Positions 9,924 through 22,129 of a DNA stretch of 32,000 bases are shown here, in pieces. A program made the position numbers and the translations under genes. Numbering within the stretch: position 1 is the stretch's first letter; every line of letters starts with the position of its first letter. The DNA comes from Salmonella enterica subsp. enterica serovar Typhimurium str. LT2 (GTDB lineage Bacteria; Pseudomonadota; Gammaproteobacteria; Enterobacterales; Enterobacteriaceae). Location of the stretch: positions 3,060,354 through 3,092,353 of the forward strand of contig NC_003197.2 in assembly GCF_000006945.2 (NCBI RefSeq), given 5' to 3'. The notes below the pieces were generated by a model. It was not told where the DNA came from and did no database searches. It saw only the letters and a program-made list of their open reading frames with translations.

Positions 9924-10399
9924 TTCGCCGCCTTCATCAGCAACGCGACCGCTTCGCAGGCAATGCCTTCTCCGCGTCCGGTAAATCCGAGCTTTTCCGT
10001 CGTCGTCGCCTTCACGTTAACCTCATCCATATGGCAGCCGAGATCTTCGGCGATAAAGACGCGCATTTGCGGAATATGCGGCAGCATTTTCGGCGCCTGC
10101 GCAATAATGGTGACATCCACGTTGCCGAGGGTGTACCCCTTCGCCTGAATACGACGCCAGGCTTCACGCAGTAGTTCGCGGCTATCCGCTCCCTTAAATG
10201 CCGGATCGGTATCCGGGAAGAGCTTGCCGATATCGCCAAGCGCCGCCGCGCCCAGCAGCGCATCGGTCAGCGCATGTAACGCCACATCGCCATCGGAATG
10301 CGCCAATAGCCCTTTTTCATAAGGGATACGCACGCCGCCAATAATAATCGGCCCTTCTCCGCCAAACGCGTGTACGTCAAAACCGTGTCCAATTCGCAT
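9920..10399 (-). CDS. ispF: 2-C-methyl-D-erythritol 2,4-cyclodiphosphate synthase
   Basis: 159-aa ORF starting [13 protein letters not shown], with the HSDGDV motif. It has a 4-nt ATGA overlap with truD. Confidence 0.96.
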
Positions 10400-11109
10400 T
10401 ATGCTTTCTCCTGGTGGATGGTTCGGGTCAGATAAAATTCCGCCAGCGCCAGATCTTCCGGACGGGTGACCTTGATATTATCCGCGCGACCTTCTACCAG
10501 CGCCGGATGAAAACCACAATATTCCAGCGCTGACGCTTCGTCGGTGATGGTCGCGCCTTCATTCAGCGCACGCGTCAGACAATCGTACAAGAGTTCGCGG
10601 GGGAAAAACTGCGGGGTGAGCGCGTGCCATAAATCGGCGCGCTCTACGGTATGGGCAATAGCGTTCTTCCCCGGTTCGCCGCGTTTCATGGTGTCGCGCA
10701 CCGGACTGGCGAGGATACCGCCGACCCGGCTGTTTTCGCTGATAGCCAGCAACCGCGCAAGGTCATCCTGATGCAAACAGGGTCTTGCCGCGTCGTGCAC
10801 CAGCACCCACTGCGCCTTTGCAACGGCCTGTAACCCGGCCAAAACGGAATCAGCGCGTTCGTTGCCGCCATCCACAACGGTGATTTGCGGATGATTCGCC
10901 AGCGGAAGTTGGGCAAAGCGATGATCGCCAGGGCTGATAGCAATAACAACGCGTGTCACCCGAGGATGCGCCAGCAGCGCATGAACTGAGTGCTCCAGAA
11001 TGGTTTTATTACCGATTGAGAGATACTGCTTAGGACATTCTGTTTGCATTCGGCGGCCAAATCCGGCCGCCGGCACCACGGCGCAAACGTCCAATAAAGT
11101 GGCTGCCAT
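10399..11109 (-). CDS. ispD: 2-C-methyl-D-erythritol 4-phosphate cytidylyltransferase
   Basis: 236-aa ORF with the N-terminal [11 protein letters not shown] motif. It has a 1-nt TAATG overlap with ispF. Confidence 0.95.
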   Translation of the reverse strand: MAATLLDVCAVVPAAGFGRRMQTECPKQYLSIGNKTILEHSVHALLAHPRVTRVVIAISPGDHRFAQLPLANHPQITVVDGGNERADSVLAGLQAVAKAQWVLVHDAARPCLHQDDLARLLAISENSRVGGILASPVRDTMKRGEPGKNAIAHTVERADLWHALTPQFFPRELLYDCLTRALNEGATITDEASALEYCGFHPALVEGRADNIKVTRPEDLALAEFYLTRTIHQEKA

Positions 11110-11127
11110 GTTAAATCCCTGGATGGT

Positions 11128-11439
11128 TTATCGATGAGTTTGCCCCGCCGTTGCCGCGCGTTTTGAGGCGTCAGGCACCAGACGATAGAAGGTTTCGCCC
11201 GGTTTGGTCATGCTAAGTTCGTTGCGCGCGCGCTCCTCTATCGCTTCCTGGCCGCCATTGAGATCGTCAATTTCGGCAAAAAGCTGATCGTTACGCGCTT
11301 TAAGTTTGGCGTTTGTCGCCTGCTGCGCGACCACATCATCGTTGACGCGGCTATAGTCATGTATGCCGTTCTTACCGAACCACAGCGAGTACTGTAGCCA
11401 GACCAGTAAAGCCAGCAACAGCAGCGTTAGTTTACCCAT
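11128..11439 (-). CDS. ftsB: Cell division protein FtsB
   Basis: 103-aa ORF with an N-terminal transmembrane helix ([18 protein letters not shown]) followed by a coiled coil, in the conserved position upstream of ispD. Confidence 0.93.
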   Translation of the reverse strand: MGKLTLLLLALLVWLQYSLWFGKNGIHDYSRVNDDVVAQQATNAKLKARNDQLFAEIDDLNGGQEAIEERARNELSMTKPGETFYRLVPDASKRAATAGQTHR

Positions 11440-11629
11440 CCTGCCCCCTGAAAAACGGCATCATCATCCCATAACGTCCTCTGTGACTCCACATTCAGGA
11501 CGGGATTGCCGCGACAACGCCGGCAAATGTACCACATTTGCCGGATGTTACGTATACCCGAGTAAGGAGAACATAATCTCATTGTTGGTTACGGTTTGAA
11601 TTATGACCGGAGGCGCAGTGATAACCCGT

Positions 11630-11953
11630 CTACCCTAATAGCCATATAAATAACGCGCCGAACAGCGCGCCTACGGCCAGTAGAGTAAACATGATGCTAA
11701 AAAGTATTTTGCCCTTTACCAGCAGATGCAACGCAATGCCGATAATCACCGATACCGGCATTAACGCGAGGAAAAAGGGCCAGGTATAGAGGAAAAAAAA
11801 CAGCGTGTTAGGGCCATAAAGCAGAAAAGGGATCCCCAACGCCAGCAGCCATGACACAAAGCCGACCACCGCCCCCGGAAATGCACTGGTGGCGTCATCG
11901 TCGACCATGAAGGCGTCTGACCTTGTGAAAGTAATGTTATGGCTATTACGCAT
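11630..11953 (-). CDS. ygbE: Inner membrane protein YgbE (unknown function)
   Basis: Track ORF 11630..11986. The internal ATG at 11953 gives MRNSHNITF, matching the remembered E. coli YgbE start. It has three hydrophobic helices. Confidence 0.8.
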   Translation of the reverse strand: MRNSHNITFTRSDAFMVDDDATSAFPGAVVGFVSWLLALGIPFLLYGPNTLFFFLYTWPFFLALMPVSVIIGIALHLLVKGKILFSIMFTLLAVGALFGALFIWLLG

Positions 11954-12003
11954 ATTAAATCCTGTAACCTTGACCATACCGGGCATACAAGCCCGGTGGT
12001 GTC

Positions 12004-14035
<2,032 letters not shown>

Positions 14036-14044
14036 GGCGGCTCC

Positions 14045-14953
14045 TTAGAAATACCCCTGACGTTTTTTAAGCTCCATCGACCCCGCCTGATCGCGGTCAA
14101 TCATCCTCCCCTGGCGCTCGCTGGTGGTAGAAACCAGCATCTCTTCGATAATTTCCGGCAGCGTTTGCGCGTGGGATTCCACCGCCCCGGTGAGCGGCCA
14201 ACAGCCAAGTGTACGGAAGCGCACCATCCTTTTTTTGATGACTTCGCCAGGCTGGAGATCGATACGATCGTCATCCACCATCATCAACATGCCGTCACGT
14301 TCCAGAACCGGGCGTTCAGCAGCCAAATACAGCGGCACGATGTCGATGTTTTCCAGCCAGATGTATTGCCAGATATCCTGCTCTGTCCAGTTGGAGAGCG
14401 GGAAGACGCGTATACTTTCGCCTTTATTAATCTGACCGTTATAGTTACGCCACAACTCTGGCCGCTGATTTTTCGGGTCCCAGCGATGGAAACGGTCACG
14501 AAAGGAGTAAATACGTTCTTTCGCACGGGATTTTTCCTCATCGCGCCGTGCGCCGCCGAACGCGGCATCAAAACCGTACTTATTCAGCGCCTGCTTTAAC
14601 CCTTCGGTTTTCATAATGTCGGTGTGTTTAGCGCTACCGTGAACGAACGGATTGATGCCCATCGCCACGCCTTCCGGATTTTTATGTACCAGCAATTCGC
14701 AGCCGTATGCGTTGGCGGTACGATCGCGAAAGGCGTACATCTCACGGAATTTCCAACCGGTATCAACGTGCAATAGCGGGAACGGCAACGTACCCGGATA
14801 AAACGCCTTACGCGCCAGATGCAGCATGACGCTGGAGTCTTTACCAATGGAGTACAGCATGACCGGATTAGCGAATTCCGCTGCCACTTCACGGATAATG
14901 TGGATACTTTCCGCCTCCAGTTGCCGCAGGTGGGTGAGTCGTTTTTGATCCAT
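14045..14953 (-). CDS. cysD: Sulfate adenylyltransferase subunit 2
   Basis: Track ORF 14045..14989. ATG at 14953 gives [23 protein letters not shown], the canonical CysD start. PAPS-reductase-like fold motif SIGKDSSV is present. Confidence 0.95.
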
Positions 14954-15203
14954 AACCGTTCCTTTGCAATACCGTTTTTTGCTAAACATTTCGATTACAC
15001 GACTATAGGGAGCGCAGGAGAGTGAATGAAATGACGAATTGGAATGAGTAGTTCCTCAAAGGAATAACGCGGCCCAAAAACCAATATCAAAAAATGCTTA
15101 ACGTACCGGATTGCCAGCATTTAGGAGCAAATGAAATTGTATTAACACGATCGCGGTTTCATACTAGCCACGTAAAATTTTGTTCTGTATTTAAGGACTC
15201 ATT

Positions 15204-16250
15204 ATGTTTTCCGCAACGCGCCGCTTTGCCGTCATTCTGGCGCTCGGCGTAGGCTTTATCCTTCCTGCACAAGCAGCATCACCAGGGCCTGGTGAAATAG
15301 CGAATACTCAGGCACGACATATCGCCACCTTTTTTCCCGGGAGAATGACGGGCTCCCCCGCCGAGATGTTGTCTGCCGATTATTTACGCCAACAATTTAC
15401 CCAGATGGGATACCAAAGCGATATTCGAACGTTTAATAGCCGATTTATTTATACCACGAAGGATAATCGCAAAAACTGGCATAACGTGACGGGCAGTACG
15501 GTCATCGCCGCCCATGAAGGGCGCGTGCCGCAACAGATCATCATTATGGCGCATCTGGATACGTACGCTCCGCAGAGCGACGCTGATGTCGATGCCAATC
15601 TGGGCGGTTTAACGTTACAGGGAATGGATGATAATGCCGCGGGATTAGGCGTTATGCTGGAACTGGCGGCGCGTCTGAAAGATATACCGACCCATTACGG
15701 GATTCGTTTTATCGCCACCAGCGGGGAAGAAGAGGGAAAGCTAGGCGCGGAAAATTTACTCAAACGAATGAGTGACGCTGAGAAGAAAAATACGCTGCTG
15801 GTCATTAATCTCGATAACCTGATTGTTGGCGACAAGCTCTATTTTAATAGCGGGAAAAATACGCCGGAAGCGGTGCGTACACTGACCCGCGATCGGGCAT
15901 TAGCGATTGCGCGCCGTTATGGCATCGCCGCCAACACCAATCCGGGACGCAATCCATCCTACCCCAAAGGAACGGGTTGCTGTAATGATGCGGAGGTTTT
16001 CGATAAAGCGGGAATATCTGTGCTTTCTGTTGAGGCGACGAACTGGAATCTGGGTAAAAAAGACGGATACCAGCAACGCGTGAAAAATGCCTCCTTCCCG
16101 AACGGTAATAGCTGGCACGACGTACGGCTTGATAATCAACAGCATATTGACAAGGCGCTGCCAGGGCGGATTGAGCGCCGTAGCCGCGATGTAGTGCGGA
16201 TAATGCTGCCGTTGGTAAAAGAGCTGGCGAAGGCGGAAAAAACGTCCTGA
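15204..16250 (+). CDS. iap: Alkaline phosphatase isozyme conversion aminopeptidase Iap (M28 family)
   Basis: 348-aa ORF with a signal peptide (AVILALGVGFILPAQA) and M28 metallopeptidase motifs (HLDT, DDNAAG, SGEEEG). It lies divergent from cysD and next to the CRISPR array, as in E. coli. Confidence 0.92.
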   Translation: MFSATRRFAVILALGVGFILPAQAASPGPGEIANTQARHIATFFPGRMTGSPAEMLSADYLRQQFTQMGYQSDIRTFNSRFIYTTKDNRKNWHNVTGSTVIAAHEGRVPQQIIIMAHLDTYAPQSDADVDANLGGLTLQGMDDNAAGLGVMLELAARLKDIPTHYGIRFIATSGEEEGKLGAENLLKRMSDAEKKNTLLVINLDNLIVGDKLYFNSGKNTPEAVRTLTRDRALAIARRYGIAANTNPGRNPSYPKGTGCCNDAEVFDKAGISVLSVEATNWNLGKKDGYQQRVKNASFPNGNSWHDVRLDNQQHIDKALPGRIERRSRDVVRIMLPLVKELAKAEKTS

Positions 16251-16264
16251 TATGCTGGTGAAAC

Positions 16265-17801
16265 GTGTTTATCCCCGCTGGCGCGGGGAACATTTTTCAG
16301 CCCTTGTCGACTGCGGAACGCCCCTCGGTTTATCCCCGCTGGCGCGGGGAACACGCGAAATAGTGGGGAAAAACCCCTGGTTAACCCGGTTTATCCCCGC
16401 TGGCGCGGGAAACACTAGGCCTTGATACCATCGCTCGCACCTCGTCACGGTTTATCCCCGCTGGCGCGGGGAACACTCTTTTGATTTTGCTGCGATGTTA
16501 TAACCAGACGGTTTATCCCCGCTGGCGCGGGGAACACTATCCACATATACCCGCAATCATATTCAAGAACGGTTTATCCCCGCTGGCGCGGGGAACACAA
16601 TCACTGCGGGGGTATTTAGCGGAAACGGCTCGGTTTATCCCCGCTGGCGCGGGGAACACGATCGAGTAACGTGCGCTGGAACGCGTCGGCGCGGGGAACA
16701 CAATTAAAGCCGAGGGTGGCACCGCGCCTTATTCGGTTTATCCCCGCTGGCGCGGGGAACACGCACCTCGAAACGGTTTTAAAACACTACCGTTTCGGTT
16801 TATCCCCGCTGGCGCGGGGAACACTGGACCGATGGGGCCAACATCGCCGAACGTGGCGGTTTATCCCCGCTGGCGCGGGGAACACGTTACGTTCGGTAAA
16901 TGGAAAGCGGCGAATATCGGTTTATCCCCGCTGGCGCGGGGAACACCCAGAAAGTGCCGGTAGTGCCTGATGAACGACCGGTTTATCCCCGCTGGCGCGG
17001 GGAACACCGCGCCCACTTCCGTAAAATACAGATAATCCACGGTTTATCCCCGCTGGCGCGGGGAACACGGTAATTTCTCATCTAACAGCCTGTACGCCTC
17101 AGGTTTATCCCCGCTGGCGCGGGGAACACGAATCTAATGCAACAGATGAATAAACACGTAACGGTTTATCCCCGCTGGCGCGGGGAACACTCTTTATCGT
17201 CAATGCGAAATTTTCCGCGACGCGGTTTATCCCCGCTGGCGCGGGGAACACTCCCATTCACCAACAACAATATCGCCCTGCAACGGTTTATCCCCGCTGG
17301 CGCGGGGAACACCGTTGCGTCAGGTTGATCCAGTGCGTCAGCGGCGGTTTATCCCCGCTGGCGCGGGGAACACTCTCGGTCTCGGTCTCGGTCTCGGTAG
17401 TGACGCGGTTTATCCCCGCTGGCGCGGGGAACACACTTCCTTCAGTCTTAACGATAATCCGCAACGCGGTTTATCCCCGCTGGCGCGGGGAACACGCAAA
17501 ATAGCGATGAGCTGGCTACGCCCACTGGCGGTTTATCCCCGCTGGCGCGGGGAACACGAGGGGATAGGAGTTACGATCCAGCCTGGTTGCGGTTTATCCC
17601 CGCTGGCGCGGGGAACACGTGGTTGCAGACCAATCAGCCCGCCAGCGGTTCGGTTTATCCCCGCTGGCGCGGGGAACACGTGGTTGCAGACCAATCAGCC
17701 CGCCAGCGGTTCGGTTTATCCCCGCTGGCGCGGGGAACACCAGCACGAAAAATTATTTACTGTCGTTGCTCACGGTTTATCCCCGCTGGCGCGGGGAACA
17801 C
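16265..17801 (-). CRISPR. Type I-E CRISPR array: 25 full 29-bp repeats plus one 14-bp truncated repeat, and 25 spacers
   Basis: Plus-strand repeat is CGGTTTATCCCCGCTGGCGCGGGGAACAC; in crRNA sense it is GTGTTCCCCGCGCCAGCGGGGATAAACCG. Repeats start at 16265 (degenerate), 16326, 16387, 16448, 16509, 16570, 16631, [16688 truncated], 16734, 16796, 16857, 16918, 16979, 17040, 17101, 17162, 17223, 17284, 17345, 17406, 17467, 17529, 17590, 17651, 17712 and 17773. The period is 61 bp except as noted in the findings. Orientation follows from the leader and cas2 lying on the right and the degenerate repeat on the left. Confidence 0.98.
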
Positions 17802-17897
17802 ACTAAAACTATATATTTGTTCTAAAAGCCCTTTTTTACTACATAACAAACTACCAACGGTAAGATAACAATTCCTTATTATTAAAGAACATTCAAC
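17802..17897 (-). promoter_or_regulatory. CRISPR leader (AT-rich; expected to carry the array promoter and the integration-host-factor-dependent spacer integration site)
   Basis: This is a 96-bp AT-rich segment between the cas2 stop (17898) and the first repeat (17801). It closely resembles the remembered E. coli K-12 CRISPR-I leader (..TTCCTTATTATTAAAGA.. and ..ATTTGTTCT.AAAG..). Confidence 0.8.
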
Positions 17898-19107
<1,210 letters not shown>

Positions 19108-19111
<4 letters not shown>

Positions 19112-19758
19112 GCGTCGTCTCCAGGTTTGATCATCATCATTCCGCAGCCAAACGCCCGGCTTTTACCGAACCCCTGCGCCAGACGTTGCAGGAAAAGCGC
19201 GGGTTCGTTAATCACCAGCACGCCGGTATAGTCCACGCTGCTAAACTGAATCATCTGCCGATCTTTCCCGCGACGTATCTGCTGCTGCCGATAAGCATCA
19301 ACGCTCGCCTCGCGCAGAGTAAAGCCATTTTGCTCCCCCTGGCGCGCCAACCACGTCAGCGCCGCCTGCTGCTGATAAGACCAAATATCCTGGCTATCAC
19401 CCTGCGTTTTACGCTGGCGTTTCGCCTCCATCAGCAAATCGTGACGCTTGCCGTTTTTGCAAACCGTCGGATTGGCGCGCAGGTTAAACCGCAGCGTCTG
19501 CCCCGCGCTCAGCGTTGGCGCAAATGGGCGAGTCTGCACGTCAAAAATCGCGCTGGCGGCAGGCTGTTCCTGTGAGAGAACAAAAAAGCGAAACGCGCCC
19601 TGTAACTCTTCGCGGCGATAAAGAAACTGCCGTTCCTTGCTGCCGGGAAAGAGATCCCATAACCACTGGTGCATCACGTACTCGCCGCGCTCCACCAGAT
19701 GCAAGAGCTGTGCCGGCGAAAGCTCGCTGGTGTGCAGCGTTATTCTTGAGAGATACAC
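19108..19758 (-). CDS. cas6e: crRNA endoribonuclease Cas6e (CasE/Cse3)
   Basis: Track ORF 19108..19779. GTG at 19758 is preferred because AAGGAGG lies 4 nt upstream and it gives (M)YLSRITL, like E. coli CasE MYLSKV. It also has the RANP motif and a C-terminal glycine-rich loop, GFGKSRAFGCGMMMI. Confidence 0.88.
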
Positions 19759-20486
19759 GCGTCCTCCTTGCGGAGCCACGGCCCCTGATTCACGCTACGT
19801 TCACCGAACAGCCATTGCTGGCGGCTCAACGGCATGTCGCGACGACGTAAAATTTTGCTCGCCGTTAAGCCATCGTGTTCACCTTCCCACCAGCATTCGT
19901 TCTGTAATCTGGGGAGAGGCAGTTTCAGCGCATTGAATTGATCCTGATACCAACGATATGCTTCACGCAGGACACCCGCCGCACTCCCTTCCAGCAGTTG
20001 CGGCGCAAGCGGCAACGCCAGAGGGTGACTTTTGCGCCCCAGATACAGCGGGAATACAGGATGTTGTAGCGACGTCTGAAGCTGCGCCAACGTGTAAGGC
20101 GCGTCCGGCGTCGCGCTGACAGCGATCATCCACCAGGCGTCGGTGTAGTAGTCGCGTCGGGAAATCAGCGCGCTCAGTAATTCAGGATCCTGCAACTCTT
20201 CACGGCGGCTGAAGTAACGTGCCTTACGTACCTCTTTCGGCATCTGCACCGTGTGATAATCCCGCGCCCAGCGCGGGTTGCCACTGGCGCACAGCAAAAA
20301 TTGGTAATGACGATTGAAGGCGTTTAGCCGTTCCTCCTCATCGCGGCGAATTCCCAGCGCCGCAGCTAATAACCCCAACAGCGCCGAGCGCGAGGGTAGC
20401 TCATGGCTGTGGCGCACTTCGCCTGGCGCATCCACGCCCCAGGAGGCCATCGGCCCGTGAAGCTGAAAAACCAGATATTGGCTCAT
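19740..20486 (-). CDS. cas5e: Cascade subunit Cas5e (CasD)
   Basis: Track ORF 19740..20516. ATG at 20486 gives MSQYLVFQLHGPMASWG. Motifs are shared with E. coli CasD (GPM..WG, PSRSALLGLLAAALGI.RD, DYHTV, YLGRKS.PL). Confidence 0.9.
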   Translation of the reverse strand: MSQYLVFQLHGPMASWGVDAPGEVRHSHELPSRSALLGLLAAALGIRRDEEERLNAFNRHYQFLLCASGNPRWARDYHTVQMPKEVRKARYFSRREELQDPELLSALISRRDYYTDAWWMIAVSATPDAPYTLAQLQTSLQHPVFPLYLGRKSHPLALPLAPQLLEGSAAGVLREAYRWYQDQFNALKLPLPRLQNECWWEGEHDGLTASKILRRRDMPLSRQQWLFGERSVNQGPWLRKEDACISQE

Positions 20487-20496
20487 AAGCCGCCCC

Positions 20497-21555
20497 TTAC
20501 GCGCAGATGAAGTCAAGCACGTCTTCCATGCTTCCCTGCTGATTCATCACGTCGAAACTGGCGGTATCAGTCCGCTGGCCATAAACCTTATTCATATTCT
20601 TATGCAGCGATGTAATACGCTTAACCGCAACGTTCAATTGGTCTGTACCGTTGATCGGTTCATAAAACGCGGCCGCCAGTGAACGTGGTTGGTCGGTGCC
20701 TTTTTCGGCCAGCGCCCACGAGGCATAGGCACGGCTGGCAAAGCTGTTCTGTTTGCCGGTCGGCGACACTTTCAGCGCCGCTTCAGTAAAGGCGCGCAGC
20801 GTTTTGTTTGCCAGTTCTTCATTGTCGTTCAGGTTTTTCACCAGCAGATCTTTGTCGATGCAGATATAGGTGTAAAACAGCGCGGAGCCAAAGCCGGTTT
20901 CGCCGAGATGGCCTGCGCCTGCATCTTCTGCCGATGCCTGGCGTAGGTCATCCACAGCGGTAAAGAAATCGTCTTCGATGATCGTTTCGCTGACGCCGAA
21001 GGCGTGGGCGACCTGGCAGGCGGCTTCCACGTTAAAATCAGTTTTCTTCGCTAACATCCGGCCAAACATGGCAATATCGACGGCCATGCGATCGTGACGT
21101 AACAGTTCTGCTTCCTCTTCTGTTGCCGGACGTTTTTCTTCTGCCAGACGGCGCGCCAGCGCTTTCACGGCCTCAAACTCAGCAGGGCTGATATGCACCA
21201 GTTGCTCGGTTTCAGCATTCGTCAACTCATCTTTGGGTTTCTTATCCTCTTTTACCTTGCCAAAGCAGTTGGCGATGTTCTTGACGTACTCAACCGCTTT
21301 TTTGGCGTCAATGCCGCTATCAACGAGGATTTGCGCCGCCTCACGAGCAATGCGACCAGTACGAATACCAATATGGCCAGCTAATGCCTGTTCAAATAAC
21401 TCAGATGTACGCCAGGCGCGTTTCAGGCTCTGAGAGGAGATACGCAGACGTGTTGCTCCGCCAAGCACCACGGTTTTTGGCGCACCGGTATCATCACGGT
21501 TCAGGTTAGCGGCGGGGTAAGCGGTCAGTAAATGGAGCTGAATAAACGTTGTCAT
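20497..21555 (-). CDS. cas7e: Cascade backbone subunit Cas7e (CasC/Cse4)
   Basis: Track ORF 20497..21597. ATG at 21555 gives MTTFIQLHLLTAYPAANLNRDD. Motifs NLNRDD, RISSQSLKRA and FFTAVDDL are shared with E. coli CasC. Confidence 0.9.
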   Translation of the reverse strand: MTTFIQLHLLTAYPAANLNRDDTGAPKTVVLGGATRLRISSQSLKRAWRTSELFEQALAGHIGIRTGRIAREAAQILVDSGIDAKKAVEYVKNIANCFGKVKEDKKPKDELTNAETEQLVHISPAEFEAVKALARRLAEEKRPATEEEAELLRHDRMAVDIAMFGRMLAKKTDFNVEAACQVAHAFGVSETIIEDDFFTAVDDLRQASAEDAGAGHLGETGFGSALFYTYICIDKDLLVKNLNDNEELANKTLRAFTEAALKVSPTGKQNSFASRAYASWALAEKGTDQPRSLAAAFYEPINGTDQLNVAVKRITSLHKNMNKVYGQRTDTASFDVMNQQGSMEDVLDFICA

Positions 21556-21568
21556 AAAGATATCCCTG

Positions 21569-22129
21569 TTAATCTTGTTCGTTATCGGTATCGCCATCGC
21601 CGGCCTGGTAGTATTCCAGCGCCCAGCGGATACGAAGAAATTCGGTTGGCCGCTGCTGGCGGCGATGGTGGTTCAGCAAGTCATTCTGCTCCTGGCACCA
21701 GCAGAAAATATCGTCTGCAAGAGAAAACAGGTTGACCGAACCATCTAACAGCTTCACCGCACGCCGTAACTGGCGCAGCAGTTCATCCGGCGTTTTTACC
21801 GCTAATAGGTGGGAGAAGCGTAATTTTGACATCACCGGAGTGTCGCCACCTTTCTTCTGTCCAAGCTGCGCAGCAAAACTCTTTTGCTCATCAATAAATT
21901 TGATATGTGCAGCCAGTGCCGCTGTGATTGCCAATGCAGTAACATTCCAGGGTGCTTTGTTTTTCCATAAAGAATGTGTTTGCATTAACAATGAATGAAG
22001 CCCCTCAGCCAAACAGGCATCATTCACCGTTTTACTACGTCGTAAGCTGGCACGTAATCCACGTTTTTCTTGTAGTTCCTCATGCCACTGACGCAAAGTG
22101 GCTTTATCATCTTTCGTCACAACACTCAT
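21569..22129 (-). CDS. cse2: Cascade small subunit Cse2 (CasB)
   Basis: 186-aa helical, Arg/Lys-rich ORF between cse1 and cas7e, with a 4-nt ATGA overlap with the cse1 stop. The call rests on position, size and composition rather than strong remembered identity. Confidence 0.82.
   Translation of the reverse strand: MSVVTKDDKATLRQWHEELQEKRGLRASLRRSKTVNDACLAEGLHSLLMQTHSLWKNKAPWNVTALAITAALAAHIKFIDEQKSFAAQLGQKKGGDTPVMSKLRFSHLLAVKTPDELLRQLRRAVKLLDGSVNLFSLADDIFCWCQEQNDLLNHHRRQQRPTEFLRIRWALEYYQAGDGDTDNEQD

Noticed and set aside
16136-17868. About ten track ORFs on both strands with recurring peptides VYPRWRGEH, FIPAGAGNT and GLSPLARGT
   Set aside because: These are the three-frame translations of the 29-bp CRISPR repeat joined by spacer read-through. 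The periodic 61-bp DNA repeat explains them fully, so they are not genes.
19740-21597. Longer track starts for cas6e (19779), cas5e (20516) and cas7e (21597), and similarly for cysC, cysD, cysH, ygbE, surE, ltnD and the MarR gene
   Set aside because: These are longest-ORF artefacts. In each case an internal start has a better ribosome-binding site and reproduces the conserved N-terminus of the family, and the extension would overlap the upstream gene extensively.
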